Origin: Eledone cirrhosa
Taxonomy: Eukaryota
DNA length: 64,000 nt
Assembly (NCBI GenBank): GCA_964016885.1
Contig: OZ024741.1
Span: 189,534,001 to 189,598,000, forward strand
Direction: 5' to 3'
Each line of letters opens with the position of its first letter. Within the stretch, counting starts at the first letter, position 1. The notes beneath the pieces are model-generated. The model did not search any database, was not told the origin of the DNA, and worked only from the letters and a program-made list of their open reading frames with translations. Positions 15,001 to 30,000 of the stretch are shown in pieces. The translations under genes were made by a program, and so were the position numbers.

Positions 15001-18000
15001 ATAAGTTTGCCAGATACTGCCAATCCACTATAAGAAAGTCACCAATCTCCAGCCACAACCCATTTAATCAATGACAAAATAAGTTTGCCAGATACTGCCA
15101 ATCCACTATAAGAAAGTCACCAATCTCCAGCCACAACCCATTCAATCAATGACAAAATAAGTTTGCCAGATACTGCCAATCTACTATAAGAAAGTCACCA
15201 ATCTCCAGCCACAACCCATTCAATCAATGACAAAATAAGTTTGCCAGATACTGCCAATCCACTATAAGAAAGTCACCAATCTCCTGCCACAACCCATTCA
15301 ATTAATGACAAGATAAGTTTGCCAGATACTGCCAATCCACTATAAGAAAGTCACCAATCTCATGCCACAACCCATTCAATCAATGACAAAATAAGTTTGC
15401 CAGAAACTGCCAATCCACTACAAGAAAGTCACCAATCTCCAGCCACAACCCATTGAATCAATGACAAAATAAGTTTGCCAGATACTGCCAATCCACTATA
15501 AGAAAGTCACCAATCTCCAGCCACAACCCATTCAATCAATGACAAAATAAGTTTGCCAGATACTGCCAATCCACTATAAGAAAGTCACCAATCTCCAGCC
15601 ACAACCCATTCAATCAATGACAAAATAAGTTGGCCAGATACTGCCAATCCACTATTAGAAAGTCACCGATCTCCAGCCACAACCCATTGAATCAATGACA
15701 AAATAAGTTTGCCAGATACTGCCAATCCACTATAAGAAAGTCACCAATCTCCAGCCACAACCCATTCAATCAATGACAAAATAAGTTTGCCAGATACTGC
15801 CAATCCACTATAAGAAAGTCACCAATCTCCAGTCACAACCCATTGAATCAATGACAAAATAAGTTTGCCAGATACTGCCAATCCACTATAAGAAAGTCAC
15901 CAATCTCCAGCCACAACCCATTGAATCAATGACAAAATAAGTTTGCCAGATACTGCCAATCCACTATAAGAAAGTCACCAATCTCCAGCCACAACCCATT
16001 GAATCAATGACAAAATAAGTTTGCCAGATACTGCCAATCTACTATAAGAAAGTCACCAATCTCCAGCCACAACCCAATCAATCAATGACAAAATAAGTTT
16101 GCCAGATACTGCCAATCCACTATAAGAAAGTCACCAATCTCCAGCCACAACCCATTCAATCAATGACAAAATAAGTTTGCCAGATACTGCCAATCCACTA
16201 TAAGAAAGTCACCAATCTCCAGCCACAACCCATTCAATCAATGACAAAATAAGTTTGCCAGATACTGCCAATCCACTATAAGAAAGTCACCAATCTCCAG
16301 CCAGAACCCATTCAATCAATGACAAAATAAGTTTGCCAGATACTGCCAATCCACTATAAGAAAGTCACCAATCTCCAGCCACAACCCATTCAATCAATGA
16401 CAAAATAAGTTTGCCAGATACTGCCAATCCACTATAAGAAAGTCACCAATCTCCAGCCACAACCCATTCAATCAATGACAAAATAAGTTTGCCAGATACT
16501 GCCAATCCACTATAAGAAAGTCACCAATCTCCAGCCACAACCCATTCAATCAATGACAAAATAAGTTTGCCAGATACTGCCAATCCACTATAAGAAAGTC
16601 ACCAATCTCCAGCCACAACCCATTCAATCAATGACAAAATAAGTTTGCCAGATACTGCCAATCCACTATAAGAAAGTCACCAATCTCCAGCCACAACCCA
16701 TTCAATCAATGACAAAATAAGTTTGCCAGATACTGCCAATCCACTATAAGAAAGTCACCAATCTCCAGCCACAACCCATTCAATCAATGACAAAATAAGT
16801 TTGCCAGATACTGCCAATCCACTATAAGAAAGTCACCAATCTCCAGCCACAACCCATTCAATCAATGACAAAATAAGTTTGCCAGATACTGCCAATCCAC
16901 TATAATAAAGTCACCAATCTCCAGCCACAACCCATTCAATCAATGACAAAATAAGTTTGCCAGATACTGCCAATCCACTATAAGAAAGTCACCAATCTCC
17001 AGCCACAACCCATTCAATCAATGACAAAATAAGTTTGCCAGATACTGCCAATCCACTATAAGAAAGTCACCAATCTCCAGCCACAACCCATTCAATCAAT
17101 GACAAAATAAGTTTGCCAGATACTGCCAATCCACTATAAGAAAGTCACCAATCTCCAGCCACAACCCATTCAATCAATGACAAAATAAGTTTGCCAGATA
17201 CTGCCAATCCACTATAAGAAAGTCACCAATCTCCAGCCACAACCTATTCAATCAATGACAAAATAAGTTTGCCAGATACTGCCAATCCACTATAAGAAAG
17301 TCACCAATCTCCAGCCACAACGCATTCAATCAATGACAAAATAAGTTTGCCAGATACTGCCAATCCACTATAAGAAAGTCACCAATCTCCAGCCACAACC
17401 CATTCAATCAATGACAAAATAAGTTTGCCAGATACTGCCAATCCACTATAAGAAAGTCACCAATCTCCAGCCACAACCCATTCAATCAATGACAAAATAA
17501 GTTTGCCAGAAACTGCCAATCCACTATAAGAAAGTCACCAATCTCCAGCCACAACCCATTCAATCAATGACAAAATAAGTTTGCCAGATACTGCCAATCC
17601 ACTATAAGAAAGTCACCAATCTCCAGCCACAACCCATTCAATCAATGACAAAATAAGTTTGCCAGATACTGCCAATCCACTATAAGAAAGTCACCAATCT
17701 CCAGCCACAACCCATTCAATCAATGACAAAATAAGTTTGCCAGAAACTGCCAATCCACTATAAGAAAGTCACCAATCTCCAGCCACAACCCATTCAATCA
17801 ATGACAAAATAAGTTTGCCAGATACTGCCAATCCACTATAAGAAAGTCAGCAATCTCCAGCCACAACCCATTCAATCAATGACAAAATAAGTTTGCCAGA
17901 AACTGCCAATCCACTATAAGAAAGTCACCAATCTCCAGCCACAACCCATTGAATCAATGACAAAATAAGTTTGCCAGATACTGCCAATCCACTATACGAA

Positions 18001-21000
18001 AGTCACCAATCTCCAGCCACAACCCATTCAATCAATGACAAAATAAGTTTGCCAGATACTGCCAATCCACTATAAGAAAGTCACCAATCTCCAGCCACAA
18101 CCCATTTAATCAATGACAAAATAAGTTTGCCAGATACTGCCAATCCACTATAAGAAAGTCACCAATCTCCAGCCACAACCCATTCAATCAATGACAAAAT
18201 AAGTTTGCCAGATACTGCCAATCTACTATAAGAAAGTCACCAATCTCCAGCCACAACCCATTCAATCAATGACAAAATAAGTTTGCCAGATACTGCCAAT
18301 CCACTATAAGAAAGTCACCAATCTCCTGCCACAACCCATTCAATTAATGACAAGATAAGTTTGCCAGATACTGCCAATCCACTATAAGAAAGTCACCAAT
18401 CTCATGCCACAACCCATTCAATCAATGACAAAATAAGTTTGCCAGAAACTGCCAATCCACTACAAGAAAGTCACCAATCTCCAGCCACAACCCATTGAAT
18501 CAATGACAAAATAAGTTTGCCAGATACTGCCAATCCACTATAAGAAAGTCACCAATCTCCAGCCACAACCCATTCAATCAATGACAAAATAAGTTTGCCA
18601 GATACTGCCAATCCACTATAAGAAAGTCACCAATCTCCAGCCACAACCCATTCAATCAATGACAAAATAAGTTGGCCAGATACTGCCAATCCACTATTAG
18701 AAAGTCACCGATCTCCAGCCACAACCCATTGAATCAATGACAAAATAAGTTTGCCAGATACTGCCAATCCACTATAAGAAAGTCACCAATCTCCAGCCAC
18801 AACCCATTCAATCAATGACAAAATAAGTTTGCCAGATACTGCCAATCCACTATAAGAAAGTCACCAATCTCCAGTCACAACCCATTGAATCAATGACAAA
18901 ATAAGTTTGCCAGATACTGCCAATCCACTATAAGAAAGTCACCAATCTCCAGCCACAACCCATTGAATCAATGACAAAATAAGTTTGCCAGATACTGCCA
19001 ATCCACTATAAGAAAGTCACCAATCTCCAGCCACAACCCATTGAATCAATGACAAAATAAGTTTGCCAGATACTGCCAATCTACTATAAGAAAGTCACCA
19101 ATCTCCAGCCACAACCCAATCAATCAATGACAAAATAAGTTTGCCAGATACTGCCAATCCACTATAAGAAAGTCACCAATCTCCTGCCACAACCCATTCA
19201 ATCAATGACAAGATAAGTTTGCCAGATACTGCCAATCCACTATAAGAAAGTCACCAATCTCCAGCCACAACCCATTCAATCAATGACAAAATAAGTTTGC
19301 CAGATACTGCCAATCCACTATAAGAAAGTCACCAATCTCCAGCCACAACCCATTCAATCAATGACAAAATAAGTTTGCCAGATACTGCCAATCCACTATA
19401 AGAAAGTCACCAATCTCCAGCCACAACCCATTCAATCAATGACAAAATAAGTTTGCCAGATACTGCCAATCCACTATAAGAAAGTCACCAATCTCCAGCC
19501 ACAACCCATTCAATCAATGACAAAATAAGTTTGCCAGATACTGCCAATCCACTATAAGAAAGTCACCAATCTCCAGCCACAACCCATTCAATCAATGACA
19601 AAATAAGTTTGCCAGATACTGCCAATCCACTATAAGAAAGTCACCAATCTCCAGCCACGACCCATTCAATCAATGACAAAATAAGTTGGCCAGATACTGC
19701 CAATTCACTATAAGAAAGTCACCAATCTCCAGCCACAACCCATTCAATCAATGACAAAATAAGTTTGCCAGATACTGCCAATCCACTATAAGAAAGTCAC
19801 CAATCTCCAGCCACAACCCATTCAATCAATGACAAAATAAGTTTGCCAGATACTGCCAATCCACTATAAGAAAGTCACCAATCTCCAGCCACAACACATT
19901 CAATCAATGACAAAATAAGTTTGCCAGATACTGCCAATCCACTATAAGAAAGTCACCAATCTCCAGCCACACCCCATTGAATCAATGACAAAATAAGTTT
20001 GCCAGATACTGCCAATCCACTATATGAAAGTCACCAATCTCCAGCCACAACCCATTCAATCAATGACAAAATAAGTTTGCCAGATACTGCCAATCCACTA
20101 TATGAAAGTCACCAATCTCCATCCACAACCCATTTAATCAATGACGAAATAAGTTTGCCAGATACTGCCAATCCACTATAATAAAGTCACCAATCTCCAG
20201 CCACAACCCATTCAACCAATGACAAAATAAGTTTGCCAGATACTGCCAATCCACTATAAGAAAGTCACCAATCTCCAGCCACAACCCATTCAATCAATGA
20301 CAAAATAAGTTTGCCAGATACTGCCAATCCACTATATGAAAGTCACCAATCTCCAGCCACAACCCATTCAATCAATGACAAAATAAGTTTGCCAGATACT
20401 GCCAATCCACTATAAGAAAGTCACCAATCTCCAGCCACAACCCATTCAATCAATGACAAAATAAGTTTGACAGATACTGCCAATCCACTATAAGAAAGTC
20501 ACCAATCTCCATCCACAACCCATTCAATCAATGACAAAATAAGTTTGCCAGATACTGCCAATCCACTATAAGAAAGTCACCTATCTCCAGCCACAACCCA
20601 TTCAATCAATGACAAAATAAGTTTGCCAGATACTGCCAATCCACTATAAGAAAGTCACCAATCTCCTGCCACAACCCATTCAATTAATGACAAGATAAGT
20701 TTGCCAGATACTGCCAATCCACTATAAGAAAGTCACCAATCTCCAGCCACAACCCATTCAATCAATGACAAAATAAGTTTGCCAGAAACTGCCAATCCAC
20801 TATAAGGAAGTCACCAATCTCCAGCCACAACCCATTGAATCAATGACAAAATAAGTTTGCCAGATACTGCCAATCCACTATAAGAAAGTCACCAATCTCC
20901 AGCCACAACCCATTCAATCAATGACAAAATAAGTTTGCCAGATACTGCCAATCCACTATAAGAAAGTCACCAATCTCCAGCCACAACCCATTCAATCAAT

Positions 21001-24000
21001 GACAAAATAAGTTTGCCAGATACTGCCAATCCACTATAAGAAAGTCACCAATCTCCAGCCACAACCCATTCAATCAATGACAAAATAAGTTTGCCAGATA
21101 CTGCCAATCCACTATAAGAAAGTCACCAATCTCCAGCCACAACCCATTGAATCAATGACAAAATAAGTTTGCCAGATACTGCCAATCCACTATATGAAAG
21201 TCACCAATCTCCATCCACAACCCATTCAATCAATGACAAAATAAGTTTGCCAGATACTGCCAATCCACTATAAGAAAGTCACCAATCTCCAGCCACAACC
21301 CATTCAATCAATGACAAAATAAGTTTGCCAGATACTGCCAATCCACTATAAGAAAGTCACCAATCTCCAGCCACAACCCATTCAATCAATGACAAAATAA
21401 GTTTGCCAGATACTGCCAATCCACTATAAGAAAGTCACCAATCTCCAGCCACAACCCATTCAATCAATGACAAAATAAGTTTGCCAGATACTGCCAATCC
21501 ACTATAAGAAAGTCACCAATCTCCAGCCACAACCCATTCAATCAATGACAAAATAAGTTTGCCAGATACTGCCAATCCACTATAAGAAAGTCACCAATCT
21601 CCAGCCACAACCCATTCAATCAATGACAAAATAAGTTTGCCAGATACTGCCAATCCACTATAAGAAAGTCACCAATCTCCAGCCACAACCCATTCAATCA
21701 ATGACAAAATAAGTTTGCCAGATACTGCCAATCCACTATAAGAAAGTCACCAATCTCCAGCCACAACCCATTCAATCAATGACAAAATAAGTTTGCCAGA
21801 TACTGCCAATCCACTATAAGAAAGTCACCAATCTCCAGCCACAACCCATTCAATCAATGACAAAATAAGTTTGCCAGATACTGCCAATCCACTATAATAA
21901 AGTCACCAATCTCCAGCCACAACCCATTCAATCAATGACAAAATAAGTTTGCCAGATACTGCCAATCCACTATAAGAAAGTCACCAATCTCCAGCCACAA
22001 CCCATTCAATCAATGACAAAATAAGTTTGCCAGATACTGCCAATCCACTATAAGAAAGTCACCAATCTCCAGCCACAACCCATTCAATCAATGACAAAAT
22101 AAGTTTGCCAGATACTGCCAATCCACTATAAGAAAGTCACCAATCTCCAGCCACAACCCATTCAATCAATGACAAAATAAGTTTGCCAGATACTGCCAAT
22201 CCACTATAAGAAAGTCACCAATCTCCAGCCACAACCCATTCAATCAATGACAAAATAAGTTTGCCAGATACTGCCAATCCACTATAAGAAAGTCACCAAT
22301 CTCCAGCCACAACGCATTCAATCAATGACAAAATAAGTTTGCCAGATACTGCCAATCCACTATAAGAAAGTCACCAATCTCCAGCCACAACCCATTCAAT
22401 CAATGACAAAATAAGTTTGCCAGATACTGCCAATCCACTATAAGAAAGTCACCAATCTCCAGCCACAACCCATTCAATCAATGACAAAATAAGTTTGCCA
22501 GATACTGCCAATCCACTATAAGAAAGTCACCAATCTCCAGCCACAACCCATTCAATCAATGACAAAATAAGTTTGCCAGATACTGCCAATCCACTATAAG
22601 AAAGTCACCAATCTCCAGCCACAACCCATTCAATCAATGACAAAATAAGTTTGCCAGATACTGCCAATCCACTATAAGAAAGTCACCAATCTCCAGCCAC
22701 AACCCATTCAATCAATGACAAAATAAGTTTGCCAGATACTGCCAATCCACTATAAGAAAGTCACCAATCTCCAGCCACAACCCATTCAATCAATGACAAA
22801 ATAAGTTTGCCAGATACTGCCAATCCACTATAAGAAAGTCACCAATCTCCAGCCACAACCCATTCAATCAATGACAAAATAAGTTTGCCAGATACTGCCA
22901 ATCCACTATAAGAAAGTCACCAATCTCCAGCCACAACCCATTCAATCAATGACAAAATAAGTTTGCCAGATACTGCCAATCCACTATAAGAAAGTCACCA
23001 ATCTCCAGCCACAACCCATTCAATCAATGACAAAATAAGTTTGCCAGTTACTGCCAATCCACTATAAGAAAGTCACCAATCTCGAGCCACAACCCATTCA
23101 ATCAATGACAAAATAAGTTTGCCAGATACTGCCAATCCACTATAAGAAAGTCACCAATCTCCAGCCACAACCCATTCAATCAATGACAAAATAAGTTTGC
23201 CAGATACTGCCAATCCACTATAAGAAAGTCACCAATCTCCAGCCACAACCCATTCAATCAATGACAAAATAAGTTTGCCAGATACTGCCAATCCACTATA
23301 AGAAAGTCACCAATCTCCAGCCACAACCCATTCAATCAATGACAAAATAAGTTTGCCAGATACTGCCAATCCACTATAAGAAAGTCACCAATCTCCAGCC
23401 ACAACCCATTCAATCAATGACAAAATAAGTTTGCCAGATACTGCCAATCCACTATAAGAAAGTCACCAATCTCCAGCCACAACCCATTCAATCAATGACA
23501 AAATAAATTTGCCAGATACTGCCAATCCACTATAAGAAAGTCACCAATCTCCAGCCACAACCCATTCAATCAATGACAAAATAAGTTTGCCAGATACTGC
23601 CAATCCACTGTAAGAAAGTCACCAATCTCCAGCCACAACCCATTCAATCAATGACAATATAAGTTTGCCAGATACTGCCAATCCACTATAAGAAAGTCAC
23701 GAATCTCCAGCCACAACCCATTCAATCAATGACAATATAAGTTTGCCAGATACTGCCAATCCACTATAAGAAAGTCACCAATCTCCAGCCACAACCCATT
23801 CAATCAATGACAAAATAAGTTTGCCAGATACTGCCAATCCACTATAAGAAAGTCACCAATCTCCAGCCACAACCCATTCAATCAATGACAAAATAAGTTT
23901 GCCAGATACTGCCAATCCACTATAAGAAAGTCACCAATCTCCAGCCACAACCCATTCAATCAATGACAAAATAAGTTTGCCAGATACTGCCAATCCACTA

Positions 24001-27000
24001 TAAGAAAGTCACCAATCTCCAGCCACAACCCATTCAATCAATGACAAAATAAGTTTGCCAGGTACTGCCAATCCACTATAAGAAAGTCACCAATCTCCAG
24101 CCACAATCCATTCAATCAATGACAAAATAAGTTTGCCAGATACTGCCAATCCACTATAAGAAAGTCACCAATCTCCAGCCACAACCCATTCAATCAATGA
24201 CAAAATAAGTTTGCCAGATACTGCCAATCCACTATAAGAAAGTCACCAATCTCCAGCCACAACCCATTCAATCAATGACAAAATAAGTTTGCCAGATACT
24301 GCCAATCCACTATAAGAAAGTCACCAATCTCCAGCCACAACCCATTCAATCAATGACAAAATAAGTTTGCCAGATACTGCCAATCCACTATAAGAAAGTC
24401 ACCAATCTCCAGCCACAACCCATTCAATCAATGACAAAATAAGTTTGCCAGATACTGCCAATCCACTATAAGAAAGTCACCAATCTCCAGCCACAACCCA
24501 TTCAATCAATGACAAAATAAGTTTGCCAGATACTGCCAATCCACTATAAGAAAGTCACCAATCTCCAGCCACAACCCATTCAATCAATGACAAAATAAGT
24601 TTGCCAGATACTGCCAATCCACTATAAGAAAGTCACCAATCTCCAGCCACAACCCATTCAATCAATGACAAAATAAGTTTGGCAGATACTGCCAATCCAC
24701 TATAAGAAAGTCACCAATCTCCAGCCACAACCCATTCAATCAATGACAAAATAAGTTTGCCAGATACTGCCAATCCACTATAAGAAAGTCACCAATCTCC
24801 AGCCACAACCCATTCAATCAATGACAAAATAAGTTTGCCAGATACTGACAATCCACTGTAAGAAAGTCACCAATCTCCAGCCACAACCCATTCAATCAAT
24901 GACAAAATAAGTTTGCCAGATACTGCCAATCCACCATAAGAAAGTCACCAATCTCCAGCCACAACCCATTCAATCAATGACAATATAAGTTTGCCAGATA
25001 CTGCCAATCCACTATAAGAAAGTCACCAATCTCCAGCCACAACCCATTCAATCAATGACAAAATAAGTTTGTCAGATACTGCCAATCCACTGTAAGAAAG
25101 TCACCAATCTCCAGCCACAACCCATTCAATCAATGACAATATAAGTTTGCCAGATACTGCCAATCCACTATAAGAAAGTCACGAATCTCCAGCCACAACC
25201 CATTCAATCAATGACAATATAAGTTTGCCAGATACTGCCAATCCACTATAAGAAAGTCACCAATCTCCAGCCACAACCCATTCAATCAATGACAAAATAA
25301 TTTTGCCAGATACTGCCAATCCACTATAAAAAAGTCACCAATCTCCAGCCACAACCCATTCAATCAATGACAAAATAAGTTTGCCAGATACTGCCAATCC
25401 ACTGTAAGAAAGTCACCAATCTCCAGCCACAACCCATTCAATCAATGACAATATAAGTTTGCCAGATACTGCCAATCCACTATAAGAAAGTCACCAATCT
25501 CCAGCCACAACCCATTCAATCAATGACAAAATAAGTTTGCCAGATACTGCCAATCCACTATAAGAAAGTCACCAATCTCCAACCACAACCCATTCAATCA
25601 ATGACAAAATAAGTTTGCCAGATACTGCCAATCCACTATAAGAAAGTCACCAATCTCCAGCCACAACCCATTCAATCAAGGACAAAATAAGTTTGCCAGA
25701 TACTGCCAATCCACTATAAGAAAGTCACCAATCTCCAGCCACAACCCATTCAATCAATGACAAAATAAGTTTGCCAGATACTGCCAATCCACTATAAGAA
25801 AGTCACCAATCTCCAGCCACAACCCATTCAATCAATGACAAAATAAGTTTGCCAGATACTGCCAATCCACTATGAGAAAGTCACCAATCTCCAGCCACAA
25901 CCCATTCAATCAATGACAAAATAAGTTTGCCAGATACTGCCAATCCACTATAAGAAAGTCACCAATCTCCAGCCACAACCCATTCAATCAATGACAAAAT
26001 AAGTTTGCCAGATACTGCCAATCCACTATAAGAAAGTCACCAATCTCCAGCCACAACTCATTCAATCAATGACAAAATAAGTTTGCCAGATACTGCCAAT
26101 CCACTATAAGAAAGTCACCAATCTCGAGCCACAACCCATTCAATCAATGACAAAATAAGTTTGCCAGATACTGCCAATCCACTATAAGAAAGTCACCAAT
26201 CTCCAGCCACAACCCATTCAATCAATGACAAAATAAGTTTGCCAGATACTGCCAATCCACTATAAGAAAGTCACCAATCTCGAGCCACAACCCATTCAAT
26301 CAATGACAAAATAAGTTTGCCAGATACTGCCAATCCACTATAAGAAAGTCACCAATCTCCAGCCACAACCCATTCAATCAATGACAAAATAAGTTTGCCA
26401 GATACTGCCAATCCACTATAAGAAAGTCACCAATCTCCAGCCACAACCCATTCAATCAATGACAAAATAAGTTTGCCAGATACTGCCAATCCACTGTAAG
26501 AAAGTCACCAATCTCCAGCCACAACCCATTCAATCAATGACAATATAAGTTTGCCAGATACTGCCAATCCACTATAAGAAAGTCACGAATCTCCAGCCAC
26601 AACCCATTCAATCAATGACAATATAAGTTTGCCAGATACTGCCAATCCACTATAAGAAAGTTACCAATCTCCAGCCACATCCCATTCAATCAATGACAAA
26701 ATAAGTTTGCCAGATACTGCCAATCCACTATAAGAAAGTCACCAATCTCCAGCCACAACCCATTCAATCAATGACAAAATAAGTTTGCCAGATACTGCCA
26801 ATCCACTATAAGAAAGTCACCAATCTCCAGCCACAACCCATTCAATCAATGACAAAATAAGTTTGCCAGATACTGCCAATCCACTATAAGAAAGTCACCA
26901 ATCTCCAGCCACAACCCATTCAATCAATGACAAAATAAGTTTGCCAGATACTGCCAATCCACTATAAGAAAGTCACCAATCTCCAGCCACAACCCATTCA

Positions 27001-30000
27001 ATCAATGACAAAATAGGTTTGCCAGATACTGCCAATCCACTATAAGAAAGTCACCAATCTCGAGCCACAACCCATTCAATCAATGACAAAATAAGTTTGC
27101 CAGATACTGCCAATCCACTATAAGAAAGTCACCAATCTCCAGCCACAACCCATTCAATCAATGACAAAATAAGTTTGCCAGATACTGCCAATCCACTATA
27201 AGAAAGTCACCAATCTCCAACCACAACCCATTCAATCAATGACAAAATAAGTTTGCCAGATACTGCCAATCCACCATAAGAAAGTCACCAATCTCCAGCC
27301 ACAACCCATTCAATCAATGACAATATAAGTTTGCCAGATACTGCCAATCCACTATAAGAAAGTCACCAATCTCCAGCCACAACCCATTCAATCAATGACA
27401 AAATAAGTTTGTCAGATACTGCCAATCCACTGTAAGAAAGTCACCAATCTCCAGCCACAACCCATTCAATCAATGACAATATAAGTTTGCCAGATACTGC
27501 CAATCCACTATAAGAAAGTCACGAATCTCCAGCCACAACCCATTCAATCAATGACAATATAAGTTTGCCAGATACTGCCAATCCACTATAAGAAAGTCAC
27601 CAATCTCCAGCCACAACCCATTCAATCAATGACAAAATAATTTTGCCAGATACTGCCAATCCACTATAAAAAAGTCACCAATCTCCAGCCACAACCCATT
27701 CAATCAATGACAAAATAAGTTTGCCAGATACTGCCAATCCACTGTAAGAAAGTCACCAATCTCCAGCCACAACCCATTCAATCAATGACAATATAAGTTT
27801 GCCAGATACTGCCAATCCACTATAAGAAAGTCACCAATCTCCAGCCACAACCCATTCAATCAATGACAAAATAAGTTTGCCAGATACTGCCAATCCACTA
27901 TAAGAAAGTCACCAATCTCCAACCACAACCCATTCAATCAATGACAAAATAAGTTTGCCAGATACTGCCAATCCACTATAAGAAAGTCACCAATCTCCAG
28001 CCACAACCCATTCAATCAATGACAAAATAAGTTTGCCAGATACTGCCAATCCACTATAAGAAAGTCACCAATCTCCAGCCACAACCCATTCAATCAATGA
28101 CAAAATAAGTTTGCCAGATACTGCCAATCCACTATAAGAAAGTCACCAATCTCCAGCCACAACCCATTCAATCAATGACAAAATAAGTTTGCCAGATACT
28201 GCCAATCCACTATGAGAAAGTCACCAATCTCCAGCCACAACCCATTCAATCAATGACAAAATAAGTTTGCCAGATACTGCCAATCCACTATAAGAAAGTC
28301 ACCAATCTCCAGCCACAACCCATTCAATCAATGACAAAATAAGTTTGCCAGATACTGCCAATCCACTATAAGAAAGTCACCAATCTCCAGCCACAACTCA
28401 TTCAATCAATGACAAAATAAGTTTGCCAGATACTGCCAATCCACTATAAGAAAGTCACCAATCTCGAGCCACAACCCATTCAATCAATGACAAAATAAGT
28501 TTGCCAGATACTGCCAATCCACTATAAGAAAGTCACCAATCTCCAGCCACAACCCATTCAATCAATGACAAAATAAGTTTGCCAGATACTGCCAATCCAC
28601 TATAAGAAAGTCACCAATCTCGAGCCACAACCCATTCAATCAATGACAAAATAAGTTTGCCAGATACTGCCAATCCACTATAAGAAAGTCACCAATCTCC
28701 AGCCACAACCCATTCAATCAATGACAAAATAAGTTTGCCAGATACTGCCAATCCACTATAAGAAAGTCACCAATCTCCAGCCACAACCCATTCAATCAAT
28801 GACAAAATAAGTTTGCCAGATACTGCCAATCCACTGTAAGAAAGTCACCAATCTCCAGCCACAACCCATTCAATCAATGACAATATAAGTTTGCCAGATA
28901 CTGCCAATCCACTATAAGAAAGTCACGAATCTCCAGCCACAACCCATTCAATCAATGACAATATAAGTTTGCCAGATACTGCCAATCCACTATAAGAAAG
29001 TTACCAATCTCCAGCCACATCCCATTCAATCAATGACAAAATAAGTTTGCCAGATACTGCCAATCCACTATAAGAAAGTCACCAATCTCCAGCCACAACC
29101 CATTCAATCAATGACAAAATAAGTTTGCCAGATACTGCCAATCCACTATAAGAAAGTCACCAATCTCCAGCCACAACCCATTCAATCAATGACAAAATAA
29201 GTTTGCCAGATACTGCCAATCCACTATAAGAAAGTCACCAATCTCCAGCCACAACCCATTCAATCAATGACAAAATAAGTTTGCCAGATACTGCCAATCC
29301 ACTATAAGAAAGTCACCAATCTCCAGCCACAATCCATTCAATCAATGACAAAATAGGTTTGCCAGATACTGCCAATCCACTATAAGAAAGTCACCAATCT
29401 CGAGCCACAACCCATTCAATCAATGACAAAATAAGTTTGCCAGATACTGCCAATCCACTATAAGAAAGTCACCAATCTCCAGCCACAACCCATTCAATCA
29501 ATGACAAAATAAGTTTGCCAGATACTGCCAATCCACTATAAGAAAGTCACCAATCTCCAACCACAACCCATTCAATCAATGACAAAATAAGTTTGCCAGA
29601 TACTGCCGATCCACTGTAAGAAAGTCACCAATCTCCAGCCACAACCCATTCAATCAATGACAATATAAGTTTGCCAGATACTGCCAATCCACTATAAGAA
29701 AGTCACCAATCTCCAGCCACAACCCATTCAATCAATGACAAAATAAGTTTGCCAGATACTGCCAATCCACTATAAGAAAGTCACCAATCTCCAGCCACAA
29801 CCCATTCAATCAATGACAAAATAAGTTTGCCAGATACTGCCAATCCACTATAAGAAAGTCACCAATCTCCAGCCACAACCCATTCAATCAATGACAAAAT
29901 AAGTTTGCCAGATACTGCCAATCCACTATAAGAAAGTCACCAATCTCCAGCCACAACCCATTCAATCAATGACAAAATAAGTTTGCCAGATACTGCCAAT

